A stretch of 58,304 bases of DNA, from contig NC_068984.1 in assembly GCF_001194135.2 (NCBI RefSeq), forward strand, positions 50,775,831 through 50,834,134, read 5' to 3'. Shown here piece by piece: positions 24,700-37,855 of this stretch. Each line of letters begins with the position of its first letter. Position 1 is the first letter of the stretch. This stretch comes from Octopus bimaculoides. Taxonomy: Eukaryota. The notes under the pieces were generated by a model. It made no database searches. It was not told the origin of the DNA and was given only the letters and a program-made list of their open reading frames with translations. The position numbers and the translations under genes are program-made.

Positions 24700-26000
24700 T
24701 CTATTTCTATTAGTGGTGTGCATCCCTTCATAGTTTTTAGACTTGGTGCAGCGGTTAAAACTGCAGCTACCTACGTGTGGATATGTTCCTTACGCTTGTC
24801 TTCTGGTTGAGTTGATGAGACTGTGCTGCTAAAATATTGTAGTAGTGTTCAAGAGTGTTTTCTATGTATCTTAGTGCTGGAGGTAGTTTTTCATATTGTG
24901 ACAAGGACGGTGAAGGTTAGAGGTTACTGCGTCAAGAAACTGTACTCTTTGCATGTCTAGGTGGTATAATATTTTTTTTATTCGTCGTGGAGGAATATGG
25001 ATCTAGTCCGTTACAATTTGTGGTAAAGCCTAACGCAATGTTGTTGTGTGATCATTGTAATCTTTAGTGGTACGTATGTTATGAAGAGCTGGATGAGAGC
25101 AGACAACGCTAGTATAATCAATAGGGGTTTCGGTGTAATGTTTGCACAAATGTGTCGTTGTTTCTTCTTGACGTTGTTTATACCCAATATCATAACTGTG
25201 AATGTTATAGGTATGTTTAAGCGTCGTTTTGCTTTCTTTACTATTTGTAATGTGCATGTTACGAGGATGGTGTTTGTAGCTCATTAGAATTTTGACTTTT
25301 AAGAGTAACACAGTATTTCGTAGGTGCTACTTGGATTCTGGTGTTTTGGAGCCAAGTGACCAGGTGTTTGATATAAAGACGAAGTTGTACTGCCTTGTCT
25401 GGAGTATATATGATTGTGAGGTCGTTTGCGTATGGGACTGTATGTATGTATGTTTGCTTTTTGAGCGTTTAATGCAAAAAAAGGAGTTCCTATTAAGAAT
25501 TGAACTGAAATATATATGAATCCTCTTTTGTGTTCTTCGCCTTTTTGTGTGTGATTGTTAGTGGTTGAATTTCGAGAAACTACTGATGCGGATGTTTTCT
25601 TGATGTTGAAGTTTGAACATATTCGAAAGTTATTTTGTAATATGAGATGCATAGTGGCCGTCATTATTTTTACTGTTGTTTATAATACCGATAATTCTGT
25701 CTAGAGTATTTTACGATTTGTTTTGTGGTTTATGTTAGATGCACTTATTTACACAGTTTGTTGTTAGTATATGATTTGTTTTCCCTTTACTATCTGTAAC
25801 ACTTTGATATTTAGTTTTATTTCTCATGTAGTTGCTTATACCAAGGTCAGTCTGATTTAAGTAAACCTGTAGGCTTTCTAGCTTTGTTTAGTCTGTCTTC
25901 TGTGTCTCGTTATCCAATGTGTCTATCATTTTATAAGACGGAAGGTTGATTTTGAGAGAATTTAAACTGATATTTTGTTACTAGGTCGATCATCGACGCA
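24700..26000 (-). mobile_element. Heavily decayed Penelope-like reverse transcriptase remnant (tentative)
   Basis: Strong A/C-rich minus strand. Broken motifs IVKKAKRRL, YWV*TTSRRNNDTF, RLYHKL and VQFLDAVTSNL (24945-24913) occur in the order expected for Naiad-type RT. Confidence 0.35.
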
Positions 26001-26547
26001 GAAGCCTTTCGTTGGTTCATTAATTGTGTTGTTGTAATGATTGTGAATTGTGTTTGAGGTTGTACTTTGCTTTAATCAGGTTGTCTCTCTCTCTGTTATA
26101 TAATTTGGGTTGTCGTGTTTTATGTTCTTTTGGGGGAGGAGATGTTTATTTTCTTTATGCGTCTAGCGCATTAGTCTCATAATGAAGTCTGTATTGTTAT
26201 TGCTTTTAATGTTGTTGTTGTGTCGGTAGTGATGATGAGGATGGTGACGATGATGGTGATATTAATGACGACGACGATGATTTCGTTGTTGAGGTTGCTG
26301 TTCATGATGTTATTTTTTGTTTGTATTTTATTTCATTCTGTTCTTTTTTTTTTATCGGCGCTGTTGCCGTTGCTGTCACAGTCTTCACTGTGTTGTTGTT
26401 ACTGCTGTTTGTTATTGAAACGAATTCTCCTCGACCTCTCCTGAAGGCAATTAACGCACAAAGCGTGTCCTTAATTCACCTCTCGATCACAGTCGACACT
26501 CGCCACCTGCTTTGCTATACAAGCACATATAAACAGCACAATAGCTT

Positions 26548-26604
<57 letters not shown>

Positions 26605-26901
26605 ATATATATGTATATACATATTCACATACACTCGCTTGCTCACATATACAATAGCGCAGCTTTCTAAATGATGTAAACAGAAGTTAGACAGAACAGA
26701 TATTTTTAACTTATTGAACAAAATCTGTACAATTCGCATGCGAATTGTGACGGGTAACGTCCATTTAGAGGCTTATGTCACCTAGCAAAATAATGGCCTC
26801 CTTTTTAGAGAACCTTGTATACAATTATAGATATACATTCTAATGGTGCATAAATAATGTGTGTGTATGTATCTTCAGACGCATGTATGTGTACGCATAA
26901 A

Positions 26902-26956
<55 letters not shown>

Positions 26957-28028
26957 AAAAAAAAACATTTTTTATACTTAGTAAAACCGTATGAAGTGAT
27001 TTTCACAAATTCTATTAAATATATTAATATATACATCACAGTATCAACCAAGCTATCAGATGTTGTTGTACATCGCTGTCACAATGCGCTTTCGTATCGT
27101 TTTAGCTTTCGAATGATGTCATAGCTAAGGGACCAGGCTAAACGAATAGGCCCTGATGAAGGAGAATGTTCTCTATGTGGCTCGTGTGTTCTCGTCTACG
27201 TTTGTTTGCAATGTCCTGTACCCGGTAAGGAACCAATAAATACAGGTGGATGTCGGTATGCACATACCTGTACGTATATATGCATATACTCATTTACCAT
27301 TTGTTTTTACATGTAAGTAGTTTTCGTAACTCATATCCTCCGACGCTACTCTTTCTCTTTCTCTTCCCCCCCCCCTTCGTTCTTCCTCTGTATTACTACG
27401 TATCTCGCTTTACCCCTCTCGTTCTTCCTCTGTTACTACTACGTATCTCTTTTTCCCCCTCGTATTTCCTCTCTTTCTCTTTTCCTCTCGTTGCTCACCT
27501 ATTCTTCTACTTCCTCCCTCTGTTTCTCCCTCTACCACTCTCNNNNNNNNNNNNNNNNNNNNNNNNNNNNNNNNNNNNNNNNNNNNNNNNNNNNNNNNNN
27601 NNNNNNNNNNNNNNNNNNNNNNNNNNNNNNNNNNNNNNNNNNNNNNNNNNNNNNNNNNNNNNNNNNNNNNNNNNNNNNNNNNNNNNNNNNNNNNNNNNNN
27701 NNNNNNNNNNNNNNNNNNNNNNNNNNNNNNNNNNNNNNNNNNNNNNNNNNNNNNNNNNNNNNNNNNNNNNNNNNNNNNNNNNNNNNNNNNNNNNNNNNNN
27801 NNNNNNNNNNNNNNNNNNNNNNNNNNNNNNNNNNNNNNNNNNNNNNNNNNNNNNNNNNNNNNNNNNNNNNNNNNNNNNNNNNNNNNNNNNNNNNNNNNNN
27901 NNNNNNNNNNNNNNNNNNNNNNNNNNNNNNNNNNNNNNNNNNNNNNNNNNNNNNNNNNNNNNNNNNNNNNNNNNNNNNNNNNNNNNNNNNNNNNNNNNNN
28001 NNNNNNNNNNNNNNNNNNTGTATATATA

Positions 28029-28419
28029 TCTTTTACTCTTTTACTTGTTTCAGTCATTTGACAGCGGCCATGTTGGAGCACCGCCTTTAGTCGAGCAAAT
28101 CGACCCCAGGACTCATTCTTTGTAAGCCTAGTACTTATTCTATCGGTCTCTTTTGCCGAACCGCTAAGTTACGGGGACGTAAACACACCACTATCGGTTG
28201 CCAAGTGATGTTGAGGGGGGGGGGGAACAGACACACAAACACACACACATATATACATATACATATGGCTTCTTTCAGTTTCCGTCAACCAAATCCACTC
28301 ATAAGGCTTTGGTCGGCCCAAGGCTATGGTAGAAGACACTTGCCCAAAGTGCTACGCAGTGAGACTGAACCCGCAACCATATGGTTGGTAAGCAAGGTAC
28401 TTACCACACAGCCATTCCT
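28029..28419 (-). mobile_element. SINE family B, full length
   Basis: tRNA-like head, central (CA/TA) microsatellite, GGGGTCGATTTGCTCGAC hairpin module, and tail GGCGGTGCTCCAACATGGCCGCTGTCAAATGACTGAAACAAGTAAAAGA. Confidence 0.9.
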
Positions 28420-28452
<33 letters not shown>

Positions 28453-28499
28453 CTATGTATACATGTATGCAAGTAAGGTTGTCATTGCTTGTGTTGTTC

Positions 28500-29380
28500 T
28501 GAATGTTATGACCTAAACGAGGGAAAAATTGAGCTGATGCATTTTGGAAGAAAGTCTATGCTAAAACAGCCATGCTCTCTTCCCTCAAGGGAACCACTCA
28601 CAGAATCTAATAATATCAGACACCTAGGAATAATTTTTGCGAACAATCTCAGCTGGAGTACCCACATCAACAATAAGGTCAATATGGCTCGTAAGATGAG
28701 CTCCTGGTTCCTAAGAACCTTTCGGTCCAGAGAACACGGTGTCATCATTCCTCTTTTCTCCTCCTTTGTACGGCTTCACCTTGAATACTGCTGCCCCCAG
28801 TAATCTCCCCATACAAAACAAGACATTTCGAAAACTGAATCACCTCAGAGGTCATTCACTAAAAGAATTAAGGGCATGACTGATCTCGATTACTGGGACC
28901 GCCTGAAAGCAATGAAACTCTCTTCTCTCCAGTGCCGCCGTGGGCCTTACATCATTTGCACGACGTGGAGAATATACCACCAGCATTGCCCAAACGACCT
29001 CAACATCAGCTTCAAAATTCATCCAAGGCTAGGACCACGGGTCATACGTCCCCTACCCAATTCAGGATTACAACACATAAATACACTGCAACGCAATTTC
29101 TTTTCCTCAACTGGCCTTGCCCTAATTAGTATTGCCCCGAAACAGTTCAAAGAGGAAAAGGATCCAATTACCTTTAAACGGAATCTGGACAAATTTCTTC
29201 AATGAATACCAGATAAGCCATCAATACTTAGATACAACTCACTCAACAAGAACTCCTTACTCGAATGGACCATGAAACCACAAAACTTTACTTAAAAGCA
29301 TTTAGCTAATCCTATCAGGTGGTGTTATTAAATTAGACATGGCCTGGACCACTCTTTAGTCGAAAAGTCTTATAGGTCTA
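28500..29380 (+). mobile_element. 5'-truncated CR1-type LINE (ORF2 C-terminus plus 3' UTR)
   Basis: One frame reads LNEGKIELMHFG..LGIIFANNLSWSTHI..LHLEYCCPQ*SP..YWDRLKAMKLSSLQCRR..FKRNLDKFLQ*IPDKP, with two premature stops (28801-28803, 29203-29205) and no frameshift. Confidence 0.9.
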
Positions 29381-29729
29381 TGCGTGTGTATATCGCATTT
29401 TTTCTATATATTTTTTACAGTTACATTAATGGCTTGTAATTGTAATTTTTTTTTTTTTTTGCTACTATTCGTTTCTTCTCTGCTTTAGCGAAATTCAACT
29501 GACGCTGCAGCTACGTTACATAAACATAAGCAATTCAAATGATTTCGTGTATAAACCCACAGTTACTGTGTGGATGGAATAGCTACAGATTCTTTAGTTC
29601 TTTGGCTTTGTTTAACATTACGTTTAACATAAACGTTTATTGAACAACCTGCTCTACACACTTCCTATTTTCTTGTCTCAAATTATTATTCCTGTTCTGT
29701 ATGTGTCTAGGTACGTCATGTTTGTCCAC

Positions 29730-29900
29730 ATCCATGCCAGGTCACTCTCGGTGATGCTGATAATATGTAATCTAGTACAACCTGTCGCACGGTCGGGCAG
29801 TCGACAACTAAACTGACAGCCCTACTAGGATGTGATATTAAGATGGATGGTTTTCGTTGGACGCCCTGCTGAACAAAAAAGAAAAAAACTATCAAAGGAT
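29730..29900 (+). mobile_element. Possible RTE-type LINE C-terminal remnant
   Basis: Broken HA-GH(S)R...LSHGRA motifs resemble RTE 'HAGHCxR..P.HG.R'; very decayed. Confidence 0.25.
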
Positions 29901-30372
29901 GGATGAACTCAGTAGAGCCAACAGTCATCCAAGAGATCTCTAGTCTTTATGTAGACATCTCTTGTACCACGAGACGATGCTAGGTGTACCGCAGTGTAAC
30001 CGGAATATATTTTTCCCTATACTTTTAGTCATGCTTTTTTTATTTCTGGTGTCCCACCGAATTTTGAAAAAAATTTAAGTGTACCGCAAATGGAGAAAAA
30101 AATTAACGAAATAACAGCCGCCCCATTGAGAAACCAAAGATGTTGTTCTTACTTGTTTCTGGAGTTTTAGTGGTGTTGTGCAAGCTATTGTTGGTTTTTA
30201 AATTTCCGCGTAGGCACTGCTGACAGTCGTTATCTTTAACATCTAAGATAAGATAATTTGTCACAAATGGTCACACTCATTTACGAGTCGACAGCCACCA
30301 TGTATGTATGTATGTTCGTACGTACGCATGCACGCACGTAAATAAGTACAGGACAGCAAAAAGCAGAACCCA

Positions 30373-30425
<53 letters not shown>

Positions 30426-31879
30426 NNNNNNNNNNNNNNNNNNNNNNNNNNNNNNNNNNNNNNNNNNNNNNNNNNNNNNNNNNNNNNNNNNNNNNNNNNN
30501 NNNNNNNNNNNNNNNNNNNNNNNNNNNNNNNNNNNNNNNNNNNNNNNNNNNNNNNNNNNNNNNNNNNNNNNNNNNNNNNNNNNNNNNNNNNNNNNNNNNN
30601 NNNNNNNNNNNNNNNNNNNNNNNNNNNATATATATATATATATATATATATATATAACCAGTCTTTCCCACCCACTTTCGGTCTTGCGCTTTCTTTAATC
30701 CGAGTTCCAACAGGTCTTGTAATAGAATCAAATATTGGTGTAACCTCCACTCAAGTGTTTAATGGGCTTGATAACCCTCATGTCACCCGTCTGTGATTCC
30801 AACAGATTACAGAAATGGGGTGCCCGAGGCGGTAGGGTAATCAACTACTATTAGATATTTAGGTGGTTTTGCGCACTGATTTCAAACATTTGCCGTTTTT
30901 ATTTCGCAAGCTGTCCACTCTCATTCTTCATTGGGTCAGTTTAGTCACCAATCATTCAATAATTATCAAGTAGTACTGAATCACATGGTTACCTGTAACA
31001 TGTTAACATCAGCTCTAATGGAATTGCTCCTGATTTAAAATATACAAGACATTATAATTAAAGGAAGACTTCAAAAACATTAATTCATTTGGAAGTTAAG
31101 TGTTGATAAAGAATTCAGCTGATACTCATTTCTACCAATATCTTTGGGTAAAGGAATATGTCTCAACTCCTTGGAATGTAGAACTGATGATGATGATGAT
31201 GATAATAATAATAATAATAATGATGATAATAATAATATGACACTAACAACAAAACGAATAACCACGGATGAAAATGCCTTTGATTACCAAAGGTTTGCTC
31301 AATAAGCCCTGACCTGGGGCTAAGTAACAACAGCCCTTGAATTGTTTAATGCTGATCAACTAAAAAGAATCTCTCTGACCTTGAAAGGTTAAGCAATTTG
31401 CTTCATTTAATGAAGCATTGCGTAAGATAAACAAATATTTATTCATCTTTAAGGTACACATTTTGTCGTATAAGGATTTCTGGCACTTTGTGGAGAAGAA
31501 TATAAACTATTAACCTTGTAACCAAATACTACGATCCCAAGGGAAGAGAATAACAAAACTAAAAGCATCGACTAGCTCTATAGATTCCTTAAGTTTGGAT
31601 AACATGAGTAGAAGCAAGTAAGACAGTTGCTACAAACTTATTGACACGCGCGCGCGCACGCGCACACACACTCGTAAGTGTGTATGTGTTTCTGTGGGTA
31701 GTACGATCTTTCGAAAATACATCAGGCATACATCTTCAAAGAAGATATCTGACACAAGTGCTCAAAAATTTAGAACGAATGCAAAAGTGAAGCAAAAGAA
31801 TAACACACACACACACACACACACACAACAGATACAAACGTGCACCTACACAACCTCCAACCGCAACTCGTAATCTCCG

Positions 31880-32280
31880 ATGCCCTTCTAGTTATCCTCT
31901 AGGAGGATCATGCTCTCCAAGGGCTGTAGTCTACAGAACCACCTTCAAACCATCCGATGGCATCAGAAGGCACAACACAGGCATGACGGCCAATGATTTC
32001 AAGGGATGGTACACACAGCGTATGCACACGCTTAAAAACAGGGATAGAGAGAATTCCACCTATTTTTCTCGTTTTCTCGAGAGACTCTGCAATCGCCGAA
32101 ATGAAACCTCCAGCATCGAATGGATCATCATCGACAGAGCCCCACCATACTCACTCAGTGCCTGCTACTGCCGGCTCTGCTTCCATAAAATACTACATAT
32201 TATCCACCAGCCTGCAGTATCTATCAACAGGAAATAAAACTATCTTATTGTTGCCATCAGAAGCACTCGCTCCTAGTGAA
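31880..32280 (+). mobile_element. Penelope-like element GIY-YIG endonuclease fragment (Naiad/Chlamys-like)
   Basis: YPLGGSCSPRAVVYRTTF (from 31893), then a frameshift, then TGMTANDFKGWYTQRMHTLKNRDRENSTYFS..IEWIIIDRAPPYS..CRLC..INRK. Confidence 0.8.
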
Positions 32281-34684
32281 CTTCAAACCACTAAGAGCCG
32301 ATCACCCATATATACCACCAGAACATTAGTTGCTCCTCAACATTGGCTACATCACAACTAAGAACAGGGTTCCTAACCACTAATGCCTACTCAGACTGCA
32401 GACCGACCCCACAACTTCAAGCATCGCCTGAAACTCCCTACATTCGCCTTCACAGCCGTAGTGTGCGCACGAAAACACACGCATACATACACACACCTCC
32501 AATCATAATTCTGTTCACACTTAGGCTACACTATAGTAGTATTTTTCACGAGGGGGAAAAAGAGACCACGAGGTGTTGTGGGGATGAAAAGGAGGCAGAC
32601 AAGTCGACATGTTCTAAAAAAAAAATAAGATCGTTTGAAAATTTTAAAACTTAATTGTCCAAATCCATGGCGACGAGGAAAATCGCAATGTACTCAAACT
32701 GTTTGTGGAAAACAGGAATATGATGAAACTCACTTTTGCCTTAAAATTTTCGCTTCATACTGGCTGTAATGCATCCTGACTGGCGTCATTTATTTCATCT
32801 GCTGGTGCTTTATTAACGTTTTTCCTTCGTCTCAAGGATCTTGTTGGTATTTTGATAGAATTTGATTTTTTCCAATTTATAAAATTTACTTTTTTACAAC
32901 AGCTTAATTTTTTTTTACCTTTTATACATTTTGTACTTATATTCTTTGTTAGCTTTTGTACTTCTTGAAATAGCATGGAAAATGCAAAGTAGAATATGAT
33001 AATATTCTTAATTGAATTTGGAAAATACGGGAAAGAAATATTGCAGCTGAAGTTGAAATCAAAATTTTATAAAATGGGTTTATTTATTTTCAAATGTAAA
33101 AGTTATACCCTCTGTTTAGATTCTAACTCCCCGTATTTTCTCTGTGAAATGTCCTATATTTATTACCTGTAAGATAATGTATTTTAAGTTAGTGGAAGGA
33201 ACTGAAGTACTTGTATATGCTAGAGATGTAGCCTGTCTTTCAAAATTTAAAACAGTTTCAGTTACCTTCTTATGTTTTTCTAGCTACAGCTAAGTTGACA
33301 TTTAGGTGTACAGAAATATGAGTTAATCTATGTGTGGGGAGAGCGACTAAGATGAACTTAAACTCGCCTGTCAGCTCAGAAATAATGAGAAATAAATAAT
33401 GTGGTGGTTTTAGTGAGGTCAGTCTTCCATATAAATGAAAATGTGTCCCCACAAGAGATAAAGGATAGTAATTTATACACATGAAACACTGGAAATCCAA
33501 CTTATTTGTGCTTTTCATACCCAGAAACGTCCCTACACTCGTGTCCTCTATAAAGTTTGACCAAGAAATCTATTTTAAGCAAAGTGCATAAAATTTGATT
33601 CATCTTCCTCAGTTTCAGAATAAACCGCTGGGTTTGATCGCAATTATACTAATAATTATAATCATACAAAGGTACTATGGGAGAGAAAAATGGCCCTTCA
33701 AATTTAACATTACCAGCATGCTGCCCAAGGGAATCCAAGTCTTCGTTGTATTCTTTTTATCCCCATTTTATTTTTTTCCCATCCTAACCCATCCAAAAAG
33801 CATAGTATTTATAATAAAATTGTAACTACAGCTGCAATATTTTAAGCTTCCATTTTTCCAGGTATGCATATCGAGATTTGTAGATATATAACAGAGATAT
33901 GCATACCGACTGGCGTATGATTGAAGAGCGTATGGCTTGTGAGTGCAAGTGTTTGTACCTAGGGTAATTGCAACCCGAGAAAGCGAAGGTATGAATTGAA
34001 AGATACGTGAAAAGGCAACTATGCAGAAGTATATGCTAAGGTATGAACACAATCACATGGTGATGAACACGTGTTTAATTATTACTCTATTTTGTTAATT
34101 ACGGAGATTTACTTGCATGACAAGTGTTTTCATCTAAGACCGTGCGTTGAAACTAGCCGTTCAGAAACACAAAGATTATCAGCTTCACTTAAACATTTAT
34201 TGTTTGTAATATGGTGTCACAATTTTCGTCGTGTGAAACTACGACCTGATCACTGAAAAACTTTGTGCAGAAAAGCACAAATGTTGTCAGTAACCAAAAG
34301 CTTTGGCACCATATTATTACAACCAATAAATGTTTAAATGAAGTTAACGGCTTTTGTGCCTTTCTGAATTGCTAACTTGTGTCCTCTACGCTGCAATCGT
34401 TTTATTTATTAATCATTCATCGATTATTTATTATCCACATATTTATTCTCTAGTGTTTATTTTCTACAGTTGTATTTGTAAGCCAGTATGAGATTCGTTT
34501 ACGTAATCATGCTCACAGACGCTCTGATAAAGATGCTGTGGATAGTATTTACTTGCACGTAGTGCTAATACTTTCTATCATTAAACCACTGAATTGTGGG
34601 TAAATCATCTTATTTTGGTACTTAATTCATAATTTTAATTATATCAAATTTCAATTACAACGAGAGGTAATTGTTCTATATTGC

Positions 34685-34891
34685 TTTCAAACTTTGGCAC
34701 AATACCAGAACTCTCGTGGGTGGGGACTAGTCGACTACAGCGATCTCAGTGTTCAACTGGTACTTATTTTATCGATTCCGAAAGGATGAAAGGCAAAGTT
34801 GAACCCGCTGAAATTTGAACTCAGAGAGCAAAGACGGACGAAATGTCACTAAAAGCATTTTGCCTGACGTGCTAACGATTCTGCCAACTCG
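34685..34891 (-). mobile_element. SINE family A
   Basis: Near full-length match. Confidence 0.85.
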
Positions 34892-35112
34892 AGGCCTTTC
34901 TCTTCAACTTGCCAATGCGGAAGTTGTGCTGGCCAATCTGAGAATTAGAAACCTCCTAACAAGGTTCTTTCTTGATTGTAAGTCTGTAATCATATTACGT
35001 ATGTTGAAACACACCATCTCAACAGATTTCGTTCCCGGAGACCGAAGTAGATTATCCAGACACAACTTCGATTTGTTTATTTAATGTTGTTCTGTAATAT
35101 TTTCGCCTGAAT

Positions 35113-35294
35113 AAGGCGACGAGCTGGTAGAATCGATAGCACGCCGGGCAAAAAATGCCTAGCGGCATTTCATTTGTCCTCATGTTCTAAGTTCAAATTC
35201 CGTTGTGGTCGACTTCGCCTTTCATTCATTCGGGCTTCGATGAAATCGACTTACCTCTTCCCTGAACTTGCTGGCCTTGTGGAAAAATTTGAAC
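35113..35294 (+). mobile_element. SINE family A (internally deleted)
   Basis: AAGGCGACGAGCTGGTAGAATCG head, AAGTTCAAATTCC B box, tail GGCCTTGTGGAAAAATTTGAAC. Confidence 0.85.
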
Positions 35295-35709
35295 GCAATA
35301 TTTATACCTGACAGATTTGTGGCACGTCTACCGACTATTGTTAAATACTGTAGTCCCGTCAGAATGTGTCCGAAACCATGGAGAATGCTTAGTTGTCGAC
35401 TGCGTTCATCGTCTTTATTTAACTGCCATGTTCTATAACGTATACTTCTTATTTCTTGCTTTCTTTTTTTTACCTTTTTCTCACCTTTCTTTGTAAATGC
35501 TTTACCAAAATTATTCCTACTTCACTTGTTTTCGCCTCTTCCCCCACCGCACTCTTACATCTTTAGCTCTTAGTCTGTGTTATTTTTAAAATTTTACGAG
35601 TCCATGTTCAGTTTCATCGTCATGTACTTCCTAGTGCACACTTTCTTCGTGTATTCTTTACCGGTAACGCACGCAGTTCCCTCCTTCTTGCACTACATAT
35701 ACGGATGTT

Positions 35710-35987
35710 TATATATGTGTGTGTGTGTGTACACGTATATGTGTGAGTGTGTGTGTGTGTGTGTGTGTATATACATGTATGTGTATATATATATATGTAC
35801 ATATATATGCTTATATATATATATGTACATATATATGTATATATATATATGTGTGTATATACATGTATATATATATATGTGTGCATATATATATATAGAC
35901 GTATGTATACATATATATGTATATATATATTTACATATTTTTATATATATATATAAGTGTGTATACATATGTATATATATATATATA

Positions 35988-36058
<71 letters not shown>

Positions 36059-36125
36059 CAATATATGTGTACGCGTGTATATGTGTGAATATATATATAT
36101 ATATATATATATATGGATATATATG
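35710..36125. repeat. Large imperfect (TA)/(TG) microsatellite field
   Basis: Directly visible. Confidence 0.95.
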
Positions 36126-36778
36126 ATGTGTATTCTAGTACACATTACTATATACAATATGCTAACATTCCTCACTATTTTAGAGTGACAAGAAAAAAAT
36201 ACATCAGTCCAAAGGCTAACATGGTGTGTTATTCCAAATGCATACACCCCACCATTCACACACATTTATTTTGAAACTGTTGACAAGACAATCATCATCA
36301 TCATCGTTATCATCATTATCTCTCACCCCACCCCCTTCTCATCACCCTTCTCATGACCACCGTACATTTAACCTCCTTCTTCCTCTTCTTCCATTCTTTC
36401 TTTTTCTTGTACATTGTTTTTGTTTGTTTGTTTTCCCTCCACGTTGACTCTCTCATGGCGTCACAAATACTGCGAGACGATGTAATTGCTGATGCACACA
36501 GAAACTCAGACACATTCATGCTCTGAAACATAAACATACGTATACGCATTCACACCACTGACACGCACGTACACACACACATAAACACACCAGTGTGTGT
36601 GTTTATGGTGTACACATACATGTAATGTATGTATATATGATGTATGTATATATATATATATATATAAGTATATATAAGTATATATATATATGTGTGTGTG
36701 TATATATGATGTATATAAGTATATATACATGCATATTTTTATGCCTATAGGTGTGTGTGTGTATACACACACATAATC

Positions 36779-36813
<35 letters not shown>

Positions 36814-37185
36814 TNNNNNNNNNNNNNNNNNNNNNNNNNNNNNNNNNNNNNNNNNNNNNNNNNNNNNNNNNNNNNNNNNNNNNNNNNNNNNNNNNNNNNN
36901 NNNNNNNNNNNNNNNNNNNNNNNNNNNNNNNNNNNNNNNNNNNNNNNNNNNNNNNNNNNNNNNNNNNNNNNNNNNNNNNNNNNNNNNNNNNNNNNNNNNN
37001 NNNNNNNNNNNNNNNNNNNNNNNNNNNNNNNNNNNNNNNNNNNNNNNNNNNNNNNNNNNNNNNNNNNNNNNNNNNNNNNNNNNNNNNNNNNNNNNNNNNN
37101 NNNNNNNNNNNNNNNNNNNNNNNNNNNNNNNNNNNNNNNNNNNNNNNNNNNNNNNNNNNNNNNNNNNNNNNNNNNNNGATCTAAA

Positions 37186-37855
37186 TTTAAGGGTAGAGTT
37201 TAATATTTCCGAGTGGAAGTCAAACATCCACACTTTCACCATAACATATCTTTATTATTTTCACACTACCTTCTGCGCATGCGTGCTAATAGTTGGTACT
37301 ATTGTGGTCACATGATCGAAGTCTGAGCCTGATCGCACCATTTTTCTTTCTGGCCTCTCCACTAGCAATGTGCACCAAAGAAGAACAAAGAGCAGTGATC
37401 CAATTTCTCTGGTCGGAAGGTGTGTCAGGTGCTGAAATTCATTGGAGGCTTTTAGCACAATATGGGAACAGTTCACTACCGCGTAGAAATGTGTCTGAGT
37501 AGATCGAGAAGTTTAAAAATGGCCGGATAAGCATGACGAACAAAGAGTGAGCAGGACGCCCGTCAGCCTCCACCGCTGACGACGAGATTCAGTAAGCTCG
37601 ATGGTAATGGTGAACCGGTTCACCATTACCATCTCTCGGATCACTGTTCTTTGTTCCTCTTTGGTGCACATTACTAGTGGGGAGTGTCCATGCTTACACT
37701 GTAAAGCCAGAAAGAAAAATTGTACTATCAGGCTCAAACTTCGATCACGTGAGCACAATAGTACCAATTATAAGCACGCATGCGCAGAAGGCCGTGTGAC
37801 AGTAGTAAAGGTATGCTATTGCGAAGCTGCGGATAATTTCTAACTTTCCCTCGTA
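37186..37855. mobile_element. Fold-back (palindromic) mariner derivative built from two copies of the 5' end
   Basis: Right end reads TA-CGAGGGAAAGTTAGAAATTATCCG in reverse complement. The left arm encodes a decayed transposase N-terminus MCTKEEQRAVIQFLWSEGVSGAEIHWRL...FKNGR...AGRP. A perfect 34-bp palindrome at 37600-37633 marks the axis. Confidence 0.85.
37368..37616 (+). pseudogene. Mariner transposase N-terminal (HTH) fragment with stops
   Basis: EEQRAVIQFLW..G..GAEIH.RL..QYG...L.R..V.E*..KFKNGR.S...*AGRP motif series. Confidence 0.85.

Noticed and set aside
27153-27177. CTGATGA followed by a short stem, resembling a hammerhead ribozyme core
   Set aside because: The obligatory GAAA after stem II is replaced by TATG, and stems I and III cannot be formed. 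At most a dead remnant.
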